Source: Bacteroidetes bacterium GWA2_40_15
Lineage (GTDB): Bacteria; Bacteroidota; Bacteroidia; Bacteroidales; VadinHA17
Reading direction: 5' to 3'
Assembly: GCA_001768195.1 (NCBI GenBank)
Contig: MENI01000073.1
Coordinates: forward strand, 7,620-71,619
Length of the DNA stretch: 64,000 nucleotides
Shown here in pieces: positions 25,658 to 35,062 of the stretch (positions within the stretch are counted from its first letter, which is position 1; each line of letters begins with the position of its first letter). Below the pieces are notes generated by a model. The model did not search any database. It was not told where the DNA came from and was given only the letters and a program-made list of their open reading frames with translations. Position numbers and translations under genes: made by a program.

Positions 25658-26788
25658 CTATGCATTTATCATCATTGGCATCAGAAGCATGAGCAGGTCT
25701 TCTGATTCATTATCGGTTGAAACGGGAAGAAAAAGGCCTGCCCTTGTCGGATCAGCCAGTTCAATCATAACATCCTGTGAACCAATGTTTGCAAGTATCT
25801 CAAGCAAAAATACCGACTTGAATCCAATCTCAATATCCTCTCCCTCATACTGGCATTTTAACCTTTCATATGCAGAAATCGAAAAATCAATATCCTGCGC
25901 AGAAACCATTATCTGGTTGCCTTTAAGCTGGAGCTTTACAAGGTTGCTTGCCTGATTTGAAAAGACAGAAACTCTTTTGAGAGTATTATAGAACTCTACC
26001 CTGTCGACAGTTATCTTTCTGGGATTATTTTTTGGAATAACGGAATTATAATTGGGATAATTACCTTCAACAAGCCGGCAAACTACCTTATGATCACTCA
26101 AAGTAAAGAAGGCATTCTTATCATCAAAGTCAACCTTAACAGCCCCCTCTTCTTTCGGGAGAATATTTTTAAGCAGGGAAGCGGGTTTTTTGGGAAGAAT
26201 AAAAGAGGCGCTGTCATCAGCATGTGCATCGGTCCGCTGATATCTGACAAGCTTATGTGCATCTGATGCAACAAATGTGATCTTATCAGTTGTTGCCTCT
26301 ATAAAAACACCACCCATTACAGGCCGTAGTTCATCATCGGCTGTCGCAAAAAGTGTTTTGCTGATACCTGCCAGTAATACATCAGCATTAATACTGAACG
26401 AGAATTTCTTATCCTTTTTGATTGCAGGAAGTGCCGGAAAATCAATTCCATTCTGCCCTACCACATTGAATTTCCCGTTCTCGGAACTTATGACAACCGC
26501 CATTGTACCAAGATTTATTTCAAAAGTCAATGGCTGTACTGAAAATTCCTTCAGAGTGTCAAGGAGTATCCGTGCAGGAAGCGCTATTGTACCATCTCCG
26601 TCTGTATTTTCAAGTTTCATCCTGGTTATAAGTGTCGATTCAAGATCGGATGCAGTTATCTCAAGATCATTTCCTGAAAGGTTAAAAAGAAAGTTGTCAA
26701 GGATAGGAAGGGTATTCTTGGAACTTATTACCCTGCTTATAGCCTGAAGATGACCTAGAAGTTCAGAGCTGGATACTACAAATTTCAT
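25658..26788 (-). CDS. dnaN: DNA polymerase III subunit beta (sliding clamp)
   Basis: 376 aa. MKFVVSSSELLGHLQAISRVISSKNTLPILDNFLF and three-domain length typical of DnaN. Confidence 0.95.
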   Translation of the reverse strand: MKFVVSSSELLGHLQAISRVISSKNTLPILDNFLFNLSGNDLEITASDLESTLITRMKLENTDGDGTIALPARILLDTLKEFSVQPLTFEINLGTMAVVISSENGKFNVVGQNGIDFPALPAIKKDKKFSFSINADVLLAGISKTLFATADDELRPVMGGVFIEATTDKITFVASDAHKLVRYQRTDAHADDSASFILPKKPASLLKNILPKEEGAVKVDFDDKNAFFTLSDHKVVCRLVEGNYPNYNSVIPKNNPRKITVDRVEFYNTLKRVSVFSNQASNLVKLQLKGNQIMVSAQDIDFSISAYERLKCQYEGEDIEIGFKSVFLLEILANIGSQDVMIELADPTRAGLFLPVSTDNESEDLLMLLMPMMINA

Positions 26789-27065
26789 ACTTGTATGGTT
26801 TTTAAATTATTTTTCCGTCAGATATTTTCGCTATTCAGATCAAAATCAATAACTTGAAGCATATGATCACTTCAAATCTCAATTATCAATATTACAAAAA
26901 AAAACTATTCCTTCAAAGTATAAAATAAAAGCAATTTTGAATCATTTTGCAGTAATTTTAACCTCTCTTAAAATTAGAAGTCCAAATATCTTGTATTGAC
27001 CCCCCATCCCCCAAGGGCATAGGCGTCTACTTAAGAATAGTATTGTAAATACAGAGATTAAAAAA

Positions 27066-27153
27066 GTTTCCCCTCCTTTTCAAGGAGGGGTGGCCGCAAC
27101 ACATAGATAGTTAATGTTTTACGAAAGGCTGGTTGCGGCCGGGGTGGTTGATT
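27066..27153 (+). repeat. Double-hairpin module, subtype 1
   Basis: Same layout as 5612-5698. Second stem is GGCCGCAAC...GTTGCGGCC. Confidence 0.85.
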
Positions 27154-27177
27154 GGTTGGTTTATCAGATCGATTCTT

Positions 27178-27294
27178 TTATTTTTTTGATTTTATCATTT
27201 CCCATAATGCTGCCTCAGCCGAAGTGGACCTGTTCCTGAGAGATGATCTGAAAGATTTAAGGCCCTTTCTGTTGAAGTGGGTTTTGTTTTTCAT
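27178..27294 (-). pseudogene. DUF559 N-terminal remnant (38 codons)
   Basis: MKNKTHFNRKGLKSFRSSLRNRSTSAEAALWEMIKSKK* matches the DUF559 N-terminal LR.N.T.AE..LW helix. The catalytic core is missing. Confidence 0.7.
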
Positions 27295-27321
27295 AGATAT
27301 AATGGTAAAAAGAAATGAATA

Positions 27322-27408
27322 AATCAATCACCCCGGCCGGGAAATGGACCTTGTAAAGATCAGATAATCAGCGGTCCCGGCCACCCCTCCTTGAAAAGGA
27401 GGGGAAAC
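27322..27408 (-). repeat. Double-hairpin module, subtype 2
   Basis: Same layout as 5937-6022. Inner end is GGTGATTGAT (one substitution). Confidence 0.85.
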
Positions 27409-27613
27409 TTTGTTTATTTCATCAATTCAACCACTCTTAAACTATTATGAACGAACTTAAATTAGATATTAAAAGCCGTTTGCCTTTATTGATCCTCCCT
27501 GTAAACCTTTTTCAGATTGCTTAAGTTAACGCCTATGCCCCTAGGGGGTCCCCATAACCATCGGGATAGGGGTGGAATTTAAAGAAATAATGTTTAATCA
27601 TATTTAATCATTT

Positions 27614-28585
27614 CTACTCACGAAAGAAATAGGATCTTTTCTTCAGTACAGGATCAATATCAAAATAGCGGACGATGAAGAAATCATCATTCGCCTGGGT
27701 TTTACCAAGAAGCCTGTCGGTATCAGGGACCTTTTCTCCATTCTCGTATTTTGTTTTTTCCCATAAACTCAGGATTGTTGTATAACCTGCTGAAGATATA
27801 AGCGTTATCCTGTAGAAAGGATCCCGTTTCCCAGTTAAGGATTTCTCCTCAATGCTTAAGTCGAATACCCATGCTTCAAAAGGGATCCAGGTGAAGTAAG
27901 AAAGGTAACGGATAACCCGGGAGGTGTCCCATCCCGACAGTTCATTTTTTGTCCCGGAAAACGAATACCTGCCCTCCTTTTTGAATATCGCAAATGATAA
28001 GGTGGTATCTGTCAGATTTTCGAAATTCACAGAAGTGATCTCCGATGGAAGCAGATTGAATATAGTATATGGCTGCCAGAAAAGCTCGTTCAGAGTAAAG
28101 CCTGAACCTACATTAACCTCATATCCCGGAATATGCACTATAAAAGGTTTTGCATTCTCCTTCAGCTTCATAATATTTCCGTAATTATTGGAACCGGTCT
28201 TATATACCCTGAAAGACTTAATCATCTTTCTGCCCTCATAAACCTTTACCGTAACCGGAACTATCTCCTTTTCAGTAATTTCATTTTCAAAGAAATCCCC
28301 GGAGACTGGCGATTTTATTTTAGCTTCAGTTAATATCCTGATAATAAAGTTTATACTGCTTTTACGTGCACTTTCTTTACCATTTATCAGCCACTCTTCT
28401 CCTGACTTCTCAAGCTTAAGCTCCTGCCCATTCTGTGAAAGCACTATTCTGGTAATCTCCCTCTCCGGTTTTGCTGAGAAATCACTGTTTGACCTTCCGA
28501 ATGGGGTTCTGGTTCTTGAAAGAAAAATCAGAAGGAAAAGAACTATGCCTGAAACTGAAATAATGATAATTATTGCTTTTTTCAT
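27614..28585 (-). CDS. DUF4340-like protein downstream of gldG
   Basis: N-terminal anchor MKKAIIIIISVSGIVLFLLIF. 4-nt overlap with the gldG stop. Position typical of DUF4340 partners; family call is tentative. Confidence 0.5.
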   Translation of the reverse strand: MKKAIIIIISVSGIVLFLLIFLSRTRTPFGRSNSDFSAKPEREITRIVLSQNGQELKLEKSGEEWLINGKESARKSSINFIIRILTEAKIKSPVSGDFFENEITEKEIVPVTVKVYEGRKMIKSFRVYKTGSNNYGNIMKLKENAKPFIVHIPGYEVNVGSGFTLNELFWQPYTIFNLLPSEITSVNFENLTDTTLSFAIFKKEGRYSFSGTKNELSGWDTSRVIRYLSYFTWIPFEAWVFDLSIEEKSLTGKRDPFYRITLISSAGYTTILSLWEKTKYENGEKVPDTDRLLGKTQANDDFFIVRYFDIDPVLKKRSYFFRE

Positions 28586-30303
28586 AGTCCATGTCTGGTG
28601 TATTTTCTTCTACGGAAGTAATTGTAAGCTAATCCTGACATCAGAACAATTATTAAAGGTCCCAGGGTGTTTATAAACTGCCATTTCAGTTTTTCATTTT
28701 TCACCCGGGTCAGATTCAGAATCCTCAGTTTCAGTTCTCTCGATCTGAGTTCCATAATGCCTTTATCATCAACCAGCCAGTTCAGGCAGTTTAAAAGAAA
28801 ATCCCTGTTACCAAATACCTGTCCGGTATACTTATCCTGGCCCAGTGTCAGGGGAGTCTCTTCAGTCCCCGTTCGTCTTACCTCATTTCTGATTATGTCA
28901 GCATCTGAAACAATGATCATTTTAGTTTCCCTGCTTTCCTTTTTCAGGGTGAAATTCTGGTCACCGGTTAACATGTTTACCGGCCTGTTTATGAAAGCCG
29001 AGATAAAGGTTCCTTCAAGAAGAACAGCAACAGGCAGTTTCGACTTGTTGAAGAGCTGTTCATCAGGAATAGTTTCTGCCTCTTTAAGAGTTATCATAAG
29101 AGGTGGAGAAAGAGTTCTTGAGTAGTCTGAAGTATGGAGCAATACCTTTTTACTGACTGAGCCATCAAGGCCAACTGTATCGATATAATTAACAAACTCT
29201 CCTTTTACCCTGTTCAGGTTTCTGGTTATAGGGTGATCTGATGCCGGCATAAGAACAGGATAATAAACCCATGGGGCATCAACTACCTGCTGACGGGAAC
29301 CTCCCGACATCACCATCAGCCTTATGGTAAAACACTCCAGATCCTGGACAACGGCAGGATTGACCCGTGCCCCATACCTGAACAACATATCTTCAAGATT
29401 CAAAGGGCGATATAGCCCTATTGTCGAACCGTAAACAAGACTATCCTGGTTTACTGCAACCTCTTCAATCAGCCACAGAATCTTTCCGCCGTTCATTATA
29501 TACTGATCGAGGACAAGTTTGTCCTGTTCGCCGATCTCTTTTTCAGGTCCCGCAATTATAACCGCAGCATAGTTGTCCAGTATACCTGTTTTACCTCCGA
29601 TTACACCCCTGTCAACCGTAAAGAATTTGGCCAGATTCAGAGTTATGTCTGCTGTTTCAATTTCGTTCAGCTCTTCATGCCCCTCAATGAATGCAACCTT
29701 GTAAACCGTATCGGCAGTTATTGTGGCAATCGTTTGTATCAACTCATACTCGAGGCCTTCAACCGAATGAAGAATATTCTGCTCGTAGAATAAAGACTGG
29801 TTATTTTTCAAAAAATTAACAGGCACTTCTATCCCGTTGCAGTTAATGATCATACCCGGAAAAACAATCTTACGTGTGGAACCACCCTCGGCGTCAGATG
29901 CCTGAATATTGATCGGCATTAATCCCTTTTTAATCAGGTACTGGTATTGAGTTTCACGTTGTTTTACATCACTTCCCTCTGACGGATTCAGGAATTCATA
30001 GTCAATCCGGTGGCCTGAGGCAATTCTGAATTCATCAAGTATCTCCTTTACTGATCTTTTGAGCCTCTTCAGAGGAATTGGAATATCCCCGTCAAGAAAA
30101 ACCTGTATGAATATATCACTCTTAAGCTCCGATAGGATCTCTTCTGTTGGAACAGAAAGAGTATACCTTTTATCCTCTGTAAGGTCAAGCCTTAAATGCA
30201 AAACTGAAATGACAGATGCTGCAAGAAGTACCGCTGCAACAGTATAAATGAAATGCAGCCAGCTTTTCATCCTCATTTTTGGACTATTCACAGAACTCTC
30301 CAT
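28582..30303 (-). CDS. gldG: Gliding-motility-associated ABC transporter substrate-binding component GldG
   Basis: LDLTEDKRYTLS motif near the N-terminal anchor. C-terminal TM segment. Directly downstream of gldF. Confidence 0.8.
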   Translation of the reverse strand: MESSVNSPKMRMKSWLHFIYTVAAVLLAASVISVLHLRLDLTEDKRYTLSVPTEEILSELKSDIFIQVFLDGDIPIPLKRLKRSVKEILDEFRIASGHRIDYEFLNPSEGSDVKQRETQYQYLIKKGLMPINIQASDAEGGSTRKIVFPGMIINCNGIEVPVNFLKNNQSLFYEQNILHSVEGLEYELIQTIATITADTVYKVAFIEGHEELNEIETADITLNLAKFFTVDRGVIGGKTGILDNYAAVIIAGPEKEIGEQDKLVLDQYIMNGGKILWLIEEVAVNQDSLVYGSTIGLYRPLNLEDMLFRYGARVNPAVVQDLECFTIRLMVMSGGSRQQVVDAPWVYYPVLMPASDHPITRNLNRVKGEFVNYIDTVGLDGSVSKKVLLHTSDYSRTLSPPLMITLKEAETIPDEQLFNKSKLPVAVLLEGTFISAFINRPVNMLTGDQNFTLKKESRETKMIIVSDADIIRNEVRRTGTEETPLTLGQDKYTGQVFGNRDFLLNCLNWLVDDKGIMELRSRELKLRILNLTRVKNEKLKWQFINTLGPLIIVLMSGLAYNYFRRRKYTRHGL

Positions 30304-30306
30304 CTC

Positions 30307-31050
30307 TTAGTTTTTTATCCTCCATTTACGTGATAACAAGACCATTCTGGTAGCCTCGTTAAACAAGATCACTACAGAGACAAAATACACCACATCCCTG
30401 ATATCCAGGACTCCTCTGCTCATTGATTTATAATGTTCATTTATCCCAAGCCTGATAATGAATTCATCAAAATTCTTTAATCCCGGGAGATAGGCAAGAG
30501 AATCGAATCCCATAAAAAGCATAAAACATAAAAGAACCGCAGCGATAAATGCAATAACCTGATTATCTGTTAATGACGAGGCAAATATCCCAACAGCAGC
30601 ATATACCGAGGCAAGAAAGAATAATCCGGTATATGAACCAATGGTACCTCCTTTATCCAGATTTCCCGGGACTTCACCCAGCATATAAACTGTAACATAA
30701 TAAATGACACCTGGTAGCAGTGCAAGCAGTACAAGGACGACTGAAGCCAAATATTTACCCCATATAATTCCACGTTCGGTTATTGGTCTCGAAAAGATCA
30801 GTTCAATTGTTCCCAGTCTTTTTTCCTCGGCAATCATTCTCATTGTAACAGCCGGTACAAGGAACAGGAATATCCATGGCGATAGCAGAAAGAGAGTATC
30901 CAGTCCGGCGTAACCATTATCAAATATATTCCACTCACCCGGGAATATCCACATAAAAAGAGAGTTTACCAGGAGATAGACTGTAATTACAATGTATCCT
31001 GTCAGGCTGCTGAAGAAACCATTAATCTCTTTTCTGAAAATTGCGAACAT
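30307..31050 (-). CDS. gldF: Gliding-motility-associated ABC transporter permease GldF
   Basis: MFAIFRKEINGFFSSLTGYIVI...AEEKRLGTIELIFSRPI is the ABC-2 permease pattern of GldF. Confidence 0.8.
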   Translation of the reverse strand: MFAIFRKEINGFFSSLTGYIVITVYLLVNSLFMWIFPGEWNIFDNGYAGLDTLFLLSPWIFLFLVPAVTMRMIAEEKRLGTIELIFSRPITERGIIWGKYLASVVLVLLALLPGVIYYVTVYMLGEVPGNLDKGGTIGSYTGLFFLASVYAAVGIFASSLTDNQVIAFIAAVLLCFMLFMGFDSLAYLPGLKNFDEFIIRLGINEHYKSMSRGVLDIRDVVYFVSVVILFNEATRMVLLSRKWRIKN

Positions 31051-31245
31051 ATGATACTAATTATCGTTTAAAATACCGTTCTTAAATACAATAATCTTCC
31101 TTCATCTGTCCTCCTGAACTTCTTTGCCGTTTTGCCCCCCTGAAGGGGCATAACTGTCAAGCTAAGGAGTTATAAAATGGTTTTACAGGAAGGAACAATA
31201 AAGGCAAAAGGATTTTAATATTGATATTCAGTCCATTTATAACAT

Positions 31246-31331
31246 TTTCCCCTCCTTTTGAAGGAGGGGTGGCCGCAGCACAATGATAGTTATAATATTG
31301 CAAAGTCTGGTTGCGGCCGGGGTGGTTGATT
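31246..31331 (+). repeat. Double-hairpin module, subtype 1
   Basis: Same layout. Second stem GGCCGCAGC...GGTTGCGGCC with a G-T wobble position. Confidence 0.85.
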
Positions 31332-31376
31332 GGTTCATCAGATCGATTCTTTGTTTTCATTGATAACTTTACTTAT

Positions 31377-31527
31377 CTAACTTATTAAATATTCAGGTTG
31401 CTTGAATACAAATCTGTTTTCAAATCTTAATATAGTGAATCCAGAGTTCTTCAGGTATTTATCCCTGTTTCCATCTTCTGTATTATTTGGTATTCCCAGT
31501 GGGAATCTCCGTCAAGTTCAATTAAAT
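31377..31527 (-). pseudogene. DUF559 C-terminal remnant with a frameshift
   Basis: LIELDGDSHWEYQ... in one frame, then ...RDKYLKNSGFTILRFENRFVFKQPEYLIS* in the next frame. Confidence 0.7.
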
Positions 31528-31610
31528 CAACCACCCCGGCCGGGAAAAAACTCTGTAAACATCAGATAATCAATTATCCCAGCCACCCCTCCTTCAAAAG
31601 GAGGGGAAAC
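31526..31610 (-). repeat. Double-hairpin module, subtype 2
   Basis: Same layout. One stem substitution (GGCTGGGA instead of GGCCGGGA). Confidence 0.85.
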
Positions 31611-31679
31611 TTTTTCTAGTCTCCGCATTTACAATAGTACTCTTAGGATGACAGCTATACCTTCAGGGGGTGAAGGCTG

Positions 31680-32831
31680 CTAAGGTCCTAAAAGTACTTT
31701 TGCATATCGTATATTTGTTATTATCACACCCTTATAATAAAACTCAATAATCTGCTGAAAGGTATTGCCTCTTGTCGCCATTTCCATTGCACCTTCCTGG
31801 CATAATCCAACTCCATGGCCATATCCTTTTCCCCTTAATATCACGGAGTCTCCGGCTGCTATTACAGAGAAGAAAGAAGAACGCAGCTTCAGATCCTTCC
31901 TTATTTTCTCGAATGGCATGGTAAATGAACCTGCTTTATAATCAACCCATCTTTTGTTCTGGTAAAAACTAAATAAAGCCGGATCGCTTATTTTGCCGGT
32001 ATATCCAGATTTTTCAAGATATTCAATCCACTCTTCCGTGCTCATCTTTGTTTCCCATGTTGCATTCCTTGAATTCAGGCAATAAGGATCGGGTATGCTC
32101 GTGAGATAGGGTTGCTCTGTTACCCATACAATCTCAGACGATACAGTCATGCCCCCGCAGTTTGAGTGAAAAGCAGATATGATCAGTGAACTGTCCTTGT
32201 CGAGTATCACCTGACCATGAGTTTCGAGTAAAGCTGAATTTATCAACGAATCTGATGATACTCCGTTAAAAGCCTGACAATGTGTGTTATCACATACACT
32301 AAATTTATCGTGCAGATGCTTGTCAAGGTGTTTATACAGGTAGGTTCTGGCTATAATTGCCTGTGTCTTGAAATACTCCTTATGCTTTTGTGTACCACCT
32401 TCGGCTCTGACAACTCCGGCGATATAACTTTCCACATCGCACCTGTTTATAAGTACAAGGGTCTCAAGATCGGGATAGCAGATCAAATCTCCCTTATAAT
32501 ATTGCCTTACAGGGGCCTGGCTATTCACTCTGAGGGAAAACGAAGCGTTTTCTGTTTTGGCCTGAATATTCAATGAATCTGCAATATATCCTTTACCGTT
32601 CCGGGATTTAACAGCCAGTCTGCCATCGTACTTTGTAATGACAACCAGGTCATTTTTCCTGAATACATCCGGATCTCCCATGAATCCATTGATTTCATAT
32701 TCCCCTTCAGTAACGGCAAAAACAACTGACTCAGGTGTCAGTGATGCAAACAGGCGCACTTTTATCTGCCCCTTTATCAGGCCGGTGCCAGGTAAAAGAA
32801 GCATCCAGACTAAAACCAAATATCTGATCAT
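31680..32831 (-). CDS. SpoIID/LytB domain-containing protein
   Basis: FHSNCGGMTVSSEIVW...PYL and YGHGVGLCQEGA are SpoIID-domain motifs. Signal peptide present. Confidence 0.8.
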   Translation of the reverse strand: MIRYLVLVWMLLLPGTGLIKGQIKVRLFASLTPESVVFAVTEGEYEINGFMGDPDVFRKNDLVVITKYDGRLAVKSRNGKGYIADSLNIQAKTENASFSLRVNSQAPVRQYYKGDLICYPDLETLVLINRCDVESYIAGVVRAEGGTQKHKEYFKTQAIIARTYLYKHLDKHLHDKFSVCDNTHCQAFNGVSSDSLINSALLETHGQVILDKDSSLIISAFHSNCGGMTVSSEIVWVTEQPYLTSIPDPYCLNSRNATWETKMSTEEWIEYLEKSGYTGKISDPALFSFYQNKRWVDYKAGSFTMPFEKIRKDLKLRSSFFSVIAAGDSVILRGKGYGHGVGLCQEGAMEMATRGNTFQQIIEFYYKGVIITNIRYAKVLLGP

Positions 32832-33958
32832 TCACTATATTGTTTCAATTCATTAACCATTTTCCTGGCTACCCTGCCTGAAGCACCTGAGGGACCGATG
32901 CGATCATTAAGTGCCTGGTAATCTGCCAGTATCTTTTCCCGTCTCTCCCCTCCCTTAAGCACTGCCTTAAGTTCCTTCAGAAGATTTTTCTCTGTCAGAT
33001 CGTATTGCACAAGTTCTCTTATCACCTCTGATTCCATAATAAGGTTTACAAGAGAAATATATTTCACCCTGATGACCATCCAGGCAATGAGCATTGAGAA
33101 GAAATCACCTTTATAGCAAACTACCTGCGGAGTATTCATAATAGCAGCTTCAAGAGTAGCTGTCCCCGACGTTACAAGCGCTGCTTCAGCTAAATGAAGA
33201 ATCTCATAAGTCTTATCTTTTAAAAGCCTGATATCCGAATTGCCCAGTATATGCATATAGAGCTCATCAGGAATATTTTTAACACCGGCAAGAATAAACT
33301 GATGATCAGGAAAATACCTGATAATTTTCATCATCTGTGGAAGTACGAGTTCAATTTCATGTTTCCTGCTTCCGGCCAGAAGTGCAATTACAGGCTTCCC
33401 GTCAATTCCAAGATCTCTTCTGATAATATCCTTTACCGGGAATAGCGATACTCTCCTCTCGGTCTCATCAACCAGTGGATTTCCAAGGTATTCAACAGTT
33501 ATTCCATGTTTTCTGTAAAAAGCAACCTCAAATGGGAAAATTATGTACATTCTGTCGATGTACTTCTTTATCTTTTCCACTCTGCCTTCATTCCATGCCC
33601 AAAGCTTGGGCGATATATAGTAAAATGTCCGGAATCCCTCTCTCCTTGCCCATTCTGCTATTCTAAGGTTAAAGCCAGGATAGTCGATAAAAATTACCAC
33701 ATCAGGCTTGATTTCAGATATCTGTTTTTTGCAGAGTGTAATATTTTTTGAGATTGTACCAAGGTTCCTTATAACTGCTACAAATCCCATAAAGGCGAGC
33801 TCTTTGTAATGCTTGAGAATTTGTGCGCCTGCAGCCAGAAGAAGATCACCTCCCCAGCAGAAAACCTCTGCAGACGGATCATTCTCCTTTAATCCCCTGA
33901 CCAGGTTGGAACCATGAAGATCACCTGATTGCTCTCCTGCTATAATGAAATATCTCAT
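32828..33958 (-). CDS. lpxB: Lipid-A-disaccharide synthase
   Basis: MRYFIIAGEQSGDLHGSNLVRGLK N-terminus and GT19 length. Confidence 0.9.
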   Translation of the reverse strand: MRYFIIAGEQSGDLHGSNLVRGLKENDPSAEVFCWGGDLLLAAGAQILKHYKELAFMGFVAVIRNLGTISKNITLCKKQISEIKPDVVIFIDYPGFNLRIAEWARREGFRTFYYISPKLWAWNEGRVEKIKKYIDRMYIIFPFEVAFYRKHGITVEYLGNPLVDETERRVSLFPVKDIIRRDLGIDGKPVIALLAGSRKHEIELVLPQMMKIIRYFPDHQFILAGVKNIPDELYMHILGNSDIRLLKDKTYEILHLAEAALVTSGTATLEAAIMNTPQVVCYKGDFFSMLIAWMVIRVKYISLVNLIMESEVIRELVQYDLTEKNLLKELKAVLKGGERREKILADYQALNDRIGPSGASGRVARKMVNELKQYSE

Positions 33959-34254
33959 CCAAAAAACTTTACTCCGAATACAATGAATGCCCAGATTATT
34001 GTGACTGCCAGAACCCCTTTTGTGGCTTTAAGCATATCTAGCCAGTTGAAGCCGAGAAAGATCAGTACATTCGGAAAAACACAGAGAGAGATTGAATGTG
34101 TAACCACCTTCGAACCAGCCAGTTTTGAGACAAATTCTCTGATGCTCATATCGCTTGCGGAAAAAGCATAAATTATGAATCCCACTATAAAGGGCAATAC
34201 CAATCCTGAAATGAACCCTGTAACCACACTGTCAAATTTATAATAGTTGATCAT
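33955..34254 (-). CDS. Small membrane protein (conserved between surE and lpxB)
   Basis: 99 aa with three hydrophobic helices. 4-nt overlaps with both neighbouring genes. Confidence 0.65.
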   Translation of the reverse strand: MINYYKFDSVVTGFISGLVLPFIVGFIIYAFSASDMSIREFVSKLAGSKVVTHSISLCVFPNVLIFLGFNWLDMLKATKGVLAVTIIWAFIVFGVKFFG

Positions 34255-35033
34255 TTCTTAATTTTATCCTTAAGTTTATCAATGTACCAGTGTGCAGTCA
34301 TGTCAACCGATACCGGTACAACAGATACATAATTATTGGCGAGTGCCCATTCATCCGTATCTGTCGACTCAGGTTCATGATTCATAAAAACTCCCGTAAG
34401 CCAGTAATAAGTTTTACCCATAGGGTCTTTCCTCTTTTCAAATTCCTCCCGCCAGTTGCCTTTTGCCTGCCTGCAGACTTTAATACCTTTTATCTCATCC
34501 TTTGGTGCTTTGGGTATATTAACATTCAGACAAACACCAGGCGGAAGAGACTCCTTTGAAACCATTTTCATAATAATGCGGATATACTTGCTGCAAGCCG
34601 AGAAATCTGCTGCCGGAGAAAAATTATTCAGAGAGAAACCCACTGAAGTGATCCCATACAGGCAACCTTCAATTGCAGCTGCCATTGTACCTGAATAAAG
34701 GACACTGACTGATGCATTTGCTCCATGATTTATACCTGACACAACCCAGTCAGGAGTCCTTTCAAGCAATTGATTGATAGCTATCTTGACACTGTCGGTA
34801 GGGGTTCCGTTACAGGCATATATCCGGTGGCTATCATTCTCCTCAAGAAGCTTTACACGAAGAGGTGTTTTAACAGTAAGGGCCTGTGACATTCCCGACA
34901 TACTCTCGGTTGTTGAGATAAGCACCACCTTGCCGAATTCTTCCATAACCTCCAGCAGTGTCTTCAGACCGGCGGCATATAGTCCGTCGTCATTTGTCAG
35001 GAGAATAAGTTTGTCTTCCTTTTCAATTACCAT
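34251..35033 (-). CDS. surE: 5'/3'-nucleotidase SurE
   Basis: LILLTNDDGLYAAGLKTL and GINHGANAS motifs. ORF extends to 35054, but Met at 35033 gives the usual N-terminus. Confidence 0.9.
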   Translation of the reverse strand: MVIEKEDKLILLTNDDGLYAAGLKTLLEVMEEFGKVVLISTTESMSGMSQALTVKTPLRVKLLEENDSHRIYACNGTPTDSVKIAINQLLERTPDWVVSGINHGANASVSVLYSGTMAAAIEGCLYGITSVGFSLNNFSPAADFSACSKYIRIIMKMVSKESLPPGVCLNVNIPKAPKDEIKGIKVCRQAKGNWREEFEKRKDPMGKTYYWLTGVFMNHEPESTDTDEWALANNYVSVVPVSVDMTAHWYIDKLKDKIKK

Positions 35034-35062
35034 ATGAAAATGTTTGAGGTACAAATATAGAT

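Larger units (their letters stand above)
27000..27548. mobile_element. Nested-inverted-repeat element, copy II (DUF559 5' remnant on the minus strand)
   Basis: Termini GGGCATAGGCGTCTACTTAAG (27015-27035) and CTTAAGTTAACGCCTATGCCC (27520-27540) with outer C5/G5 runs. Two facing modules. Long arm on the right. Confidence 0.75.
31135..31670. mobile_element. Nested-inverted-repeat element, copy IV (frameshifted DUF559 3' remnant on the minus strand)
   Basis: Termini CCCCCCTGAAGGGGCATAACTGTCAAGCTAAGG and CTCTTAGGATGACAGCTATACCTTCAGGGGG. Long arm on the left, facing modules, core inverted relative to copy I. Confidence 0.75.

Noticed and set aside
26789-27000. AT-rich region upstream of dnaN as a possible replication origin.
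   Set aside because: I found no cluster of DnaA-box-like 9-mers (TTATCCACA or its complement) and no dnaA gene nearby. In Bacteroidota dnaN is often unlinked to oriC.
30307-31134. Absence of gldA upstream of gldF as an anomaly caused by insertion of element copy IV.
   Set aside because: In characterised gliding Bacteroidota gldA is commonly unlinked to gldF-gldG, so its absence here is not evidence of disruption.
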